Under the pieces are notes generated by a model. It was given only the letters and a program-made list of their open reading frames with translations. It ran no database searches and was not told the DNA's origin. A stretch of DNA of 64,000 nt, from assembly GCA_031416075.1 (NCBI GenBank), contig JANOSY010000002.1, positions 1-64,000 of the forward strand. Direction: 5' to 3'. Source of the stretch: Candidatus Tenderia sp. (GTDB taxonomy: Bacteria > Pseudomonadota > Gammaproteobacteria > Tenderiales > Tenderiaceae). Below are positions 52,702 through 61,569 of this stretch, one piece after another. The translations under genes and the position numbers were made by a program. Numbering within the stretch: the first letter of the stretch is position 1; each line of letters begins with the position of its first letter.

Positions 52702-53754
52702 TTAATTTGCAGTACGGCGATCCAATGATTCCACATAGGCCGTAGGCCGCGCATTCAGGATTGGATCAGCGCTCGGCGCAAGCCCAGCGGGTAACGCGGT
52801 GGGTAAAAATGTTTCCGTGTCACAGGCCTGATCGGTAACACGATCAATCACTAAACGACCCATGTTGACCTCTTCACGATCGGCGGGCCACGGCTCCGTC
52901 GGATCGGTCAGTTGATCACTGGGCTGGGCAAGTTGGGCGATGACATTAAAAACCACCGGGCCTTTAGTGAGCCGCTCGGCAAGCTCAGCACGCAAGAAAT
53001 CACCACCCTTGGCCTTGGCCTCATCGTCCGTCAACCCAAGACGTCCCGCCACCGGTTCAAAGCGCCAGCGCAAGGCTTGGGTTTTGCCGCGTGCATTGGT
53101 CGCGATGAATGCATTGGTACTCCAATAAGGCAAGGCACCGTAGCTTGCCGGCACCGGTTGGCTGTTGAGATACGCGCTCTGCTTTGTGGTGGCGGGGTTT
53201 GCTTTTGAATAGGCCGCGACTACGTCAGGATTTGCTTTGCCGGTGGCTGGATCAGGTACGCGTGCCTTTAAGAAACTCACAAATTGTTCAGGTGTTTGTG
53301 CGAAGAATTGCGGGGCGGAAATAAAAACCCATTCCAGACGCTCATTGCCATCACTCGCACGTACCGCAATACCCCGTACACTCTTGGCGTTATCGGGCGC
53401 TTTGGGGTTGCCGCCGCCCACTGAAAAGCGACCAATGATGGGAGTACGTTTATCGGCCTGAAATAGCGCGGCCTGGGTAAGGGTGGCGGCACTGGAGGAT
53501 GCTTCGAGTTGTCCGGCGATGCAAACCCCTTTGGCACCTGAGGCGCGGGCCTTGTGTTTGCCAAACACGCCGTTAAGAGCATCGACCAACTCGGTAGGCG
53601 ATGTCTGACTCATGGCGACCTGCGGCTTTACGTCGGCCATGGCAGGTTGTGGCGCCATGCTGTTGGACTGCATGGTGGTAGCGCAACCGGCGGTGGCGCC
53701 GACGAGGGTGGCGACGAGCACATTACGCGTGGTAGCCGATGTGATTTTATACAT
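52702..53754 (-). CDS. catalase-related (SrpA-like) heme lipoprotein with substituted distal residues
   Basis: xAKGVC, GRFSVGGG.P and DPILNAR..AY motifs; lipobox TAG-C; RBS GGAG. Confidence 0.85.
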   Translation of the reverse strand: MYKITSATTRNVLVATLVGATAGCATTMQSNSMAPQPAMADVKPQVAMSQTSPTELVDALNGVFGKHKARASGAKGVCIAGQLEASSSAATLTQAALFQADKRTPIIGRFSVGGGNPKAPDNAKSVRGIAVRASDGNERLEWVFISAPQFFAQTPEQFVSFLKARVPDPATGKANPDVVAAYSKANPATTKQSAYLNSQPVPASYGALPYWSTNAFIATNARGKTQALRWRFEPVAGRLGLTDDEAKAKGGDFLRAELAERLTKGPVVFNVIAQLAQPSDQLTDPTEPWPADREEVNMGRLVIDRVTDQACDTETFLPTALPAGLAPSADPILNARPTAYVESLDRRTAN

Positions 53755-54071
53755 ATGAATTCTCCAGTGTTGGGTTGATGTTTTTGATCTCGCCGCCCCT
53801 ATCAGCAAGAGCCGGGGAAGATAGCTCAATCACCAACATGGTCGCCGCGTGGGGAAATTCCTTACACTGAGCGAATATAATTTGCAGAAAATATCGTTTT
53901 ACAGCCGCTTGCCCTGAGTTTGCCGATGAACCCAATCGCCGGGTCGTAGCTGTGCGGCGCGCGAAGAACAGGAAAAATAAACGCCATACTATCCCCTGAT
54001 AAAAAGTATCCCCCCTCTAATTGGACGATCTAAAACCGGGGTTCCAGCCATCCGTAGCGAGATTGGGAGCC

Positions 54072-54640
54072 GCGGATTCAACTCGTAAATGCAACTCACA
54101 GGTCAAGGTAGAAGGGCAAGCTGCGGTATTATCGTAGCTCCCTCCACCGACCAAAGTATGAGGAGCACCAATGAGAGAACACAGACAGCTCGCCCAAGAG
54201 GAACGATACCAGAGCCTGCCCCACGAAGTGCTTTGGGTATTTACGCGTTATGTAAAGCTGGTCATAACCAGACAGGGATAGCGGAACAGCTCGGTAGGCA
54301 TAAGTCGACAATTAGTCGAGAGTTCCGGCGTAATCGAGGGCTTCGTGGGTACCGACCCGCTCAGGCACAAAAACTTGCCGATAATCGTAAACAAGAAAAA
54401 ACTCGGCCTCGCATCTCCGATGAGGTGTGGCAATGGCTAGACCTCCTGATTGCGGAAGAGTGGAGTCCCGAACAGATTAGTGGCTGGCTCCTTAGTGAGG
54501 CGTTGGGCAGCATCAGCCCGGAGTGGATCTATCAGTATGTTTATACGGACAAGCGTAATGGTGGCGACCTCCACCGTCACTTACGCTGCCAGAAGGCACG
54601 GAAAAAGCGCTATGGCAGCTATGATCGCCGTGGCCAGTGA
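54072..54640 (+). mobile_element. truncated IS30-family element (left IR plus 5' part of transposase, interrupted)
   Basis: IR GCGGATTCAACTCGTAAATGCAAC. ATG at 54171 gives MREHRQLAQEERYQ / IYALCKAG...RHKSTISRE..RN...WSPEQISG. Ends before the DDE core. Confidence 0.88.
54213..54238 (+). mobile_element. 26-bp hairpin micro-insertion
   Basis: Removing it restores the transposase frame (ERYQ-IYAL); 23/26 identical to 16135-16160. Confidence 0.8.
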
Positions 54641-54641
54641 G

Positions 54642-54671
54642 GTAGGTCGGGTTAGCGCAGCATAACCCGAC
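54642..54671. repeat. single REP (GTAGGTCGGGTTAG...TAACCCGAC)
   Basis: GTAG tetranucleotide plus hairpin; lies at the IS30 truncation point and overlaps the hydantoinase stop. Confidence 0.75.
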
Positions 54672-56634
54672 ATTTCTGATTGAGCAGCAGATTCCCAAAC
54701 CCATCCACCACACAACGCCACCCCTCATCAATAAACGTAGTGGCTACGGTCTCGATGATCAATGCCGGGCCGGTGATCTGTTGCCCGGCCATTAATGTTG
54801 CGCGTTGCCACACATTAACCTTGCCACTGATGCCAAACAGCTCAACCTTCTGCTGTGGCATTGATGCTGTTGTGGTGGTGAGGGGTGGCAGTTCGATTTT
54901 GGGTGCTGGCCCTTCGGCACGAATGCGAATGTTGACCAGCTCTACTGCTTGATGCAGGCGGTGGCCGTAGCGTTGTTGGTGGGCTTGGTGAAATTCATCC
55001 TGACTGTTGTTCTGCCACGGGATGTTGAGGGTATGGGATTGGCCGCGATAGCGTAGATCGACGCTGCGTTTGATGGTGATTGTATTGATGGCGATGCCTT
55101 CTTGTTGTAATGCCTGTTGGGCGGTGGCTTCCAGTTCACTGAAACAGTTTTCCAGTGTTGTGCTCTCTACGGCGTCGAGGTTGCTGGCGATGGTGCGTGA
55201 GAGTTCGCGGCTGCGGCGTGCGACTAACATGCCGAGGGCGGAGAGTACGCCGCCATGTACGGGCACCAGTGCTTCTTGTAACCCCAGTGTTTCAGCGAGG
55301 GCGCAGACGTGCAGGCCACCGGCACCGCCAAACGGCATGAGTGTGAATCCTTGGGGATCGATACCGCGCTGGATGGAGATGAGTCGCAACGCCTGGGCCA
55401 TGTGTTCGTTGGCGATCTGGATGATGCCTTGGGCGGTGGCTTCGATACTGAATGCTAATGGTGCGGCGAGGGTGGCGACGGCGTTGCGCGCGGCGTCGGC
55501 ATCGAGTTGCATCTTGCCACCGAGGAAGGCGTCGGGGCGCAGTCGGCCTAGCACTAGATTGGCGTCGGTCACTGTGGGTTGTTGTCCGCCGCGACCATAA
55601 CAGGCGGGGCCGGGTGCGGCACCTGCGGATTGTGGCCCGACCTGTAACAGGCCTCCTTCATCTATATAAGCGATGGAGCCGCCGCCCGCGCCGATGGTGT
55701 GCATGTCGACCATCGGCACTGATACGGGCCAGGGGCCGATCTGGCCGCTGTTGGTGAGGCGTGGTTCGCCGTCGATCAGCGCGACATCGGTGGAGGTGCC
55801 ACCCATGTCGAAGGTGAGCAGTTTGTCGCGTCCGGCACAGCGGCCAATAAAACGTGCACCCGCCAATCCACCGGCAGGACCGGAGAGCAGCATCTGCACC
55901 GCCCGCGCCCCGGCCAGTTCGGCGGCGATGGTGCCGCCGCTGCTCTGCATGACGCTGATCTGTGCTGCGGGCAAGTTTTGCTGCAACCGTTGCAGGTAGC
56001 GTTGTACCAGTGGCCCGACCCAGGCGTTGAGCCAGGTGGTGATGCCACGTTCATACTCTTTATATACGGGCAGGATTGCGGAGGAGCGTGAGACAAAGAT
56101 GTTATCCGGCACAATCGCCTCGATCGCCTTTTCGTGGCTGTCGTCAAGAAACGAAAAGAGCAGGTTGATGGCGACGGCTTCGGGTTGGAGCTGTTGCAGC
56201 TGCTGGCGCAACAGCGCGAGATCATCGGCGGTGAGTGGTTCGATGGTGCTGCCATCGGCGGCGACACGTCCGCCTGTTTCCAGGCACAGCTGCTGCGGCA
56301 CCGGTGGTGCAACTGGTTTGGGTTGCAGGTTGTAGAGTTCACGGCGTGCCTGGCGGCCGATGGTGAGCATGTCACTAAGACTGTGGTTGGTGATGAAGGC
56401 GGTGCGTACCCCCTTGCCTTCGAGTGCGGCATTGGTGGCGACGGTGGAGCCGTGCACGACACTCAGCGTGGTGGTGTTCAAACCCATATCGGCGATGCCC
56501 AGCAAGATCGCCTCTTCCGGGGCGTGCGGGGTGGAGAGCCGTTTGTGTACGGTGAGTGTTGTGCCATCAAACAGCACAAAGTCGGTGAAGGTGCCGCCGG
56601 TATCGACGCCGAGTAAAATATTACGCGGGTTCAC
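54652..56634 (-). CDS. hydantoinase A / 5-oxoprolinase subunit family protein
   Basis: GVDTGGTFTD, HGSTVATNA, LSGPAGG, DMGGTSTD and IGAGGGSIA motifs. Confidence 0.95.
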   Translation of the reverse strand: MNPRNILLGVDTGGTFTDFVLFDGTTLTVHKRLSTPHAPEEAILLGIADMGLNTTTLSVVHGSTVATNAALEGKGVRTAFITNHSLSDMLTIGRQARRELYNLQPKPVAPPVPQQLCLETGGRVAADGSTIEPLTADDLALLRQQLQQLQPEAVAINLLFSFLDDSHEKAIEAIVPDNIFVSRSSAILPVYKEYERGITTWLNAWVGPLVQRYLQRLQQNLPAAQISVMQSSGGTIAAELAGARAVQMLLSGPAGGLAGARFIGRCAGRDKLLTFDMGGTSTDVALIDGEPRLTNSGQIGPWPVSVPMVDMHTIGAGGGSIAYIDEGGLLQVGPQSAGAAPGPACYGRGGQQPTVTDANLVLGRLRPDAFLGGKMQLDADAARNAVATLAAPLAFSIEATAQGIIQIANEHMAQALRLISIQRGIDPQGFTLMPFGGAGGLHVCALAETLGLQEALVPVHGGVLSALGMLVARRSRELSRTIASNLDAVESTTLENCFSELEATAQQALQQEGIAINTITIKRSVDLRYRGQSHTLNIPWQNNSQDEFHQAHQQRYGHRLHQAVELVNIRIRAEGPAPKIELPPLTTTTASMPQQKVELFGISGKVNVWQRATLMAGQQITGPALIIETVATTFIDEGWRCVVDGFGNLLLNQKCRVMLR

Positions 56635-56767
56635 GGTGGCGGGGGCAGGAACTTTTGGTGATTTGTGTCATCATATGCAACGAATTATACGGCCCCTGTT
56701 TAGATTTGTCGTTGCAGGCGGGTGGCTCTTCCCTCAAGTACAAATTTTCATTCAAAAAACTGTGGCC

Positions 56768-57736
56768 ATGACTAGTAGCGATAATACGTTGATTCAGGTG
56801 GAGCAGGTGAGTCGTTATTACGGCCATCTGTGTGCGGTGGATAACATCAGCTTTGAGATGCGCCGGGGTGAGGTATTGGGGTTTCTTGGCCCCAACGGTG
56901 CCGGCAAGTCGACGACGATGCAGATGTTGAGTGGCAATCTTGCGCCGACGGCGGGGCGGATTCTGATTAATGGCATTGATCTGCTTGATCGCCCCAAAGA
57001 GGCCAAGGCGCAGCTCGGTTATCTGCCCGACCATCCGCCGCTCTATCGTGAGCTGACGGTGGATGAGTATCTGCTCTACTGTGCCCGGCTCAATCGTATC
57101 GCTAAATCTAAATGCCGTGAGGCGGTTAACAGTGCCAAGGAGCGTTGTGGTCTGACTGAGGTTGGCAAACGGTTGATTGGAAATCTCTCCAAGGGGTTTC
57201 GCCAGCGTATAGGCATCGCCCAGGCGATTATTCATTCGCCAGCGGTGGTTATTCTTGATGAGCCGACGGTGGGGCTTGACCCGATCCAGATCCTTGAAAT
57301 CCGCGCCTTGATTCGTGAGCTGCGGAGTGAACACAGCGTGATTCTCTCTACCCACATCTTGCCGGAGGTGCAGGCGGTGTGTGATCGGGTGCAGATTATT
57401 AACAAGGGCAAGCTGGTCTTGAGCGATACCATCAGTGGTTTACAGCAGCGAATGCAGGGGGCGAGTTTGCAGGTGGCGCTGCGGCAGCCACCGACGTTGG
57501 AGGTGTTGCAGGCGCTGGACGGGGTGGCAGAGGTGACGGCGCTGGCCGATGGCCGTTTCCGCCTTGCCATGGCGCAGGGTGATGATCTGGCGGAGCGGTT
57601 GGTGCAGCTCTCAGTACAAAATGGCTGGGGGCTGTACGAGCTGGCACCGGAGCGTATTACCCTGGAGCAGGTGTTTGTGGATATCACCACTGAAGAGAGT
57701 ACGGATGTGAGTGAAGCAACGGAGACAGCGGCATGA
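56768..57736 (+). CDS. ABC transporter ATPase (GldA-like)
   Basis: GPNGAGKST, LSKGFRQR and LDEPTVGLDP motifs. Confidence 0.92.
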   Translation: MTSSDNTLIQVEQVSRYYGHLCAVDNISFEMRRGEVLGFLGPNGAGKSTTMQMLSGNLAPTAGRILINGIDLLDRPKEAKAQLGYLPDHPPLYRELTVDEYLLYCARLNRIAKSKCREAVNSAKERCGLTEVGKRLIGNLSKGFRQRIGIAQAIIHSPAVVILDEPTVGLDPIQILEIRALIRELRSEHSVILSTHILPEVQAVCDRVQIINKGKLVLSDTISGLQQRMQGASLQVALRQPPTLEVLQALDGVAEVTALADGRFRLAMAQGDDLAERLVQLSVQNGWGLYELAPERITLEQVFVDITTEESTDVSEATETAA

Positions 57737-58491
57737 TGATCTTTACCATTGCGGGGCGTGAGTTGCGAAGCCTGTTTCTGTCGCCACTGGCGTGGTCGAT
57801 TCTGGCGGTGGTGCAGTTGATTATTGCCTACCTCTTTTTGAGCCAGCTGGATGGGTATATGGAGGTGCAGTCGCAGCTGCTGGGTATGGCCGGTGCGCCG
57901 GGTGTGACGGAGATTGTGGTGACGCCGATCTTTGGCAACGCCACGATTATTCTGCTGCTGGTGGTGCCAATGTTGACGATGCGGTTGGTGAGTGAGGAGC
58001 GCCGCAGCCAGACGCTGGCGCTGCTCTTTTCGGCACCGCTCTCCATGAGTGAGATTGTGATTGGCAAGTTTTTGGGGGTGATGGGCTTTCTGGTGATCAT
58101 GGTGGCGATGATTACATTGATGCCACTGTCGTTGCTGCTGGGCGGCACGCTCGATTTTGGTTTGCTGGCTTCAGCGCTGCTGGGGTTGTTACTGTTGCTG
58201 GCCTGTTTTACGGCGCTGGGGCTGTTTATGTCGACACTGACCGATCAGCCCACAGTGGCGGCCATCAGCACCTTTGGTGTGTTGCTGATGTTGTGGATCA
58301 TCGATTGGGCGGGCAGTAATGAGGCGGGTCATATCAGTGGCCTGTTTGCCTATCTCTCGATCCTGCGCCATTTTGAGTCGCTGTTGCGCGGGGTCTTTGA
58401 TAGCAGTGATGTTATCTACTACCTGCTGTTTGTCACGGTTTTTCTCGGCCTGAGCATCCGTCGTCTCGATGCCGACCGTCTGCAGCACTAA
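57733..58491 (+). CDS. ABC-2 permease (GldF-like)
   Basis: RELRSLFLSPLAW and TMRLVSEERR motifs; multiple TMs. Confidence 0.9.
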   Translation: MMIFTIAGRELRSLFLSPLAWSILAVVQLIIAYLFLSQLDGYMEVQSQLLGMAGAPGVTEIVVTPIFGNATIILLLVVPMLTMRLVSEERRSQTLALLFSAPLSMSEIVIGKFLGVMGFLVIMVAMITLMPLSLLLGGTLDFGLLASALLGLLLLLACFTALGLFMSTLTDQPTVAAISTFGVLLMLWIIDWAGSNEAGHISGLFAYLSILRHFESLLRGVFDSSDVIYYLLFVTVFLGLSIRRLDADRLQH

Positions 58492-58503
58492 GGAAGTGAA
58501 GTC

Positions 58504-59880
58504 ATGAAGGTAACTGTAAAATCACGACGTCAGATCAGGCTGCAAAACATCCTGTTTGTGGTGTTGTTTGTAGGGTTAATTGGTGTGTTGGCGTGGCTGA
58601 GTACCCGTTACCACTATCAGTCTGACTGGACCGCCAATGGTCGGAATTCGCTTTCTGAGGCGAGTGTGGCGGCGTTGGCGGAGATTAAAGAGCCGCTGAA
58701 GGTGACGCTGTTTGTTACCGAGATGGGGCCGATGAAACAGCGTATCAGTGAAGTGCTGGCGCGTTATCAACGTCACAAGCAGGATATAACGGTAGAGGTT
58801 GTTAATCCTGATACGGCCCCGGATCAGGTACGCAAACTTGCTATCACCATTAACGGTGAGATGGTGTTTGAGTATCAGGGCCGTAGTGAAAAGTTGGCGG
58901 CGATTGATGAGCAGAGCATCACCAATGTCCTGCAGCGGTTGAGTCGTGGCGAAGAGCGTTGGTTGGTCTTTTTGGAAGGGCACGGTGAGCGCAACCCCTT
59001 TGGGCAGGCGAACCACGATATTCAGACCTGGGCCAAGGAGCTGGAGGCAAAAGGGTTGAAACTCAAGGGGATCAATCTGGCAACACAGCCCCTGATTCCT
59101 GACAATACCGCCGTTCTGGTCGTTGCCGGACCGCAGGTCAATTATCTGCCTGGGGAGGTAAAGGTCATTAATGAGTATCTGCAGCGGGGCGGTAATCTGC
59201 TGTGGCTGGCAGATCCCGATGGTCTGTTTGGGCTTGATGCCGTGGCGGACCAGCTGGGTGTGACGTTGCAGCCGGGGGCGATTGTTGATCCGACAACCCA
59301 GGCCTACAACATTAATAACCCCACCTTTGCCATCATTGGCGAGTATGGCCGGCACCCGGTGACGCAAGGCTTTAATATGTACACCATCTTCCCGATGGCG
59401 GCGGGACTGATGTTTGAAGCGCGCACCGGTTGGCGTGGTGATGCGTTTTTGACCACATCCGAACATAGCTGGTCTGAAACCGGTGTGCTAGCCGGTGAAA
59501 TTGACTTTGATGCCAGTCAGGACATCTCTGGCCCGTTAACGCTGGGCGTTGGCATTACACGTACGTTGGATAGCGAGAAGGAGCCGGAGCACTCTGAGCT
59601 GCCACTGAGGGAGCAGCGGGTGGTGGTGATTGGTGACGGCGACTTTCTCTCGAACGCCTATCTTGGCAATGGTGGCAATCTTAATCTTGGCATGAACATT
59701 ATCAACTGGTTAAGCCGTGATGATCAGCTGTTGTCGATTCCGGCCAGAACTGCGCCGGACACCTCGCTGGATCTATCAAAAACAGACTCAGTGATCATCG
59801 GCTTCGGTTTTTTGCTGGCATTGCCACTGTTACTGCTGACGACTGGGTTGGTGATCTGGCTGAAACGGCGTAAGGCGTGA
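58504..59880 (+). CDS. GldG-like ABC auxiliary component
   Basis: DWTANGRNSLS, FLEGHGER and VVIGDGDFLSN motifs; terminal TMs. Confidence 0.88.
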   Translation: MKVTVKSRRQIRLQNILFVVLFVGLIGVLAWLSTRYHYQSDWTANGRNSLSEASVAALAEIKEPLKVTLFVTEMGPMKQRISEVLARYQRHKQDITVEVVNPDTAPDQVRKLAITINGEMVFEYQGRSEKLAAIDEQSITNVLQRLSRGEERWLVFLEGHGERNPFGQANHDIQTWAKELEAKGLKLKGINLATQPLIPDNTAVLVVAGPQVNYLPGEVKVINEYLQRGGNLLWLADPDGLFGLDAVADQLGVTLQPGAIVDPTTQAYNINNPTFAIIGEYGRHPVTQGFNMYTIFPMAAGLMFEARTGWRGDAFLTTSEHSWSETGVLAGEIDFDASQDISGPLTLGVGITRTLDSEKEPEHSELPLREQRVVVIGDGDFLSNAYLGNGGNLNLGMNIINWLSRDDQLLSIPARTAPDTSLDLSKTDSVIIGFGFLLALPLLLLTTGLVIWLKRRKA

Positions 59881-59884
59881 TCCG

Positions 59885-60754
59885 ATGGCATTAAACAGAC
59901 GTACCGCACTGAATCTGGGACTGTTGCTGCTAGTAGCCCTGCTGGGCACGGTGGTCTGGCTGGAGCCGGGCCTGAAAGAGCCAGCGCAGCAGGAGACACC
60001 GTTAACGGCACTTACCTCGCAACAGGTGCAGCAGCTGCGGTTGAAAAATGGACATGGCGAGCTGTTGTTGCAGCGCCAGGGCGACGGTTGGGCGCTGAGT
60101 GAGCCGTTGACAGTGGCGGCTGATCCGTTTCAGGTGGAGCAGTTACTACAATGGTTGACGGTTGCCAGCCTGCAGAGCTATGCCGCAGAGGGGTTGGATC
60201 TGGCCAAATTTGGCCTTGAACAGCCGCAGGCGACATTGAGCACAGAGGGTCTGGAGTTACGTTTTGGTGGTCTGGATCCACTTAATCAACGTCGTTATCT
60301 GCTGATTAATGGCGTGGTACATCTGGTTGCCAAGAACGATTTGACGGATGTGACTTCTGGCTGGAGCCAGTTTGTATCACCGGTGGTGATTCCGGCTGCG
60401 GCAAAAATCGAATCACTAACCCTTCCTGGTTTAGGTGTGGTCATGCAGGGAGAGAAGGGCTGGCACTATGAAGGGCCGACCCCTCCCGACTCTGCCGATG
60501 CCATGCAGATATTGGTAGATGGCTGGCGCAGTGCCAGGGCCATCTCCGTTGAACCGGCGGTGACTGCGGGTGGTGAGCGGGTGACAATCACGTTTGCCGA
60601 TGACCATCCGCCGCTGTTGTTGATGCTGAGCAGAACGGATGACACCTTGATACTACGACCTGAGAGTCTAGGAATTGAGTATCACATGGCTTTGCAACAG
60701 GAAGCCATGTTGTTCAAATGGAGTGCCTCTGCAATAGATGGGGAAAAACAGTAA
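59885..60754 (+). CDS. DUF4340-like membrane-anchored protein
   Basis: N-terminal TM and DLAKFGLEQP motif; usual fourth gene of this operon type. Confidence 0.75.
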   Translation: MALNRRTALNLGLLLLVALLGTVVWLEPGLKEPAQQETPLTALTSQQVQQLRLKNGHGELLLQRQGDGWALSEPLTVAADPFQVEQLLQWLTVASLQSYAAEGLDLAKFGLEQPQATLSTEGLELRFGGLDPLNQRRYLLINGVVHLVAKNDLTDVTSGWSQFVSPVVIPAAAKIESLTLPGLGVVMQGEKGWHYEGPTPPDSADAMQILVDGWRSARAISVEPAVTAGGERVTITFADDHPPLLLMLSRTDDTLILRPESLGIEYHMALQQEAMLFKWSASAIDGEKQ

Positions 60755-61569
60755 TGCCGGAGTTGCCAGAGGTCGAGACCACCCGGCGGGGCATAGCGCC
60801 CCATGTTGAAGGGGGTGTGGTGACTGATGTGGTCTTGCGCCGTCGTACGTTGCGCTACCCCATACCGCCATCGCTGCTGACCGACTTGCCGGGCAAGGTG
60901 ATCGAGCGGGTTGAGCGGCGGGGTAAATATCTGCTGCTCTGTGTGGCGGAGGGCGCGGTGATTATCCACCTCGGTATGTCTGGCAATCTGCGCCTGGTTG
61001 ATCATGCCACTCCGGTGGAAAAACATGATCACGTCGACATTATTATTGATTCTAAAAGAATTTTACGTTTTCATGACCCACGCCGCTTTGGTGCAATCCT
61101 CTGGTGCGGTGGCAATATACTTGAACATGCCCTGCTGGCCACCTTGGGCCCCGAGCCGCTGGAGGAGAGTTTTGATGGCGACTACCTGTATGAGCGCTCC
61201 CGCAAACGTAAACAATCGATCAAACAGTTCATTATGGATAGCCATGTGGTGGTGGGGGTGGGGAACATCTACGCCAGTGAGTCACTATTTCTCTCGGGCA
61301 TCCGGCCACAGACCGCTGCAGGCAAGGTGACTCGGCCACGCTGCCAGCAATTGGTTGCTGCGATTCAGCAGGTCTTGCAAGCGGCCATTAAGCAGGGCGG
61401 CACAACCTTGCGTGATTTTGTTGATGGCGAAGGGCGTCCGGGCTACTTTCAGCAGCAACTCAACGTATATGGGCGTGAAGGTGAGCCGTGCCATCAGTGT
61501 GGCACGGCAATCAAGCAGTTACGTCAGGGGCAGCGGGCGACCTATTACTGCCCACACTGCCAGCGTTAA
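60754..61569 (+). CDS. mutM: formamidopyrimidine-DNA glycosylase
   Basis: MPELPEVE, HLGMSG, GVGNIYA and C-terminal zinc finger. Confidence 0.98.
   Translation: MPELPEVETTRRGIAPHVEGGVVTDVVLRRRTLRYPIPPSLLTDLPGKVIERVERRGKYLLLCVAEGAVIIHLGMSGNLRLVDHATPVEKHDHVDIIIDSKRILRFHDPRRFGAILWCGGNILEHALLATLGPEPLEESFDGDYLYERSRKRKQSIKQFIMDSHVVVGVGNIYASESLFLSGIRPQTAAGKVTRPRCQQLVAAIQQVLQAAIKQGGTTLRDFVDGEGRPGYFQQQLNVYGREGEPCHQCGTAIKQLRQGQRATYYCPHCQR

Noticed and set aside
56360-56767. Long N-terminal extension of the ABC ATPase in the ORF track
   Set aside because: Overlaps the hydantoinase gene on the other strand; ATG 56768 gives a normal-length protein.
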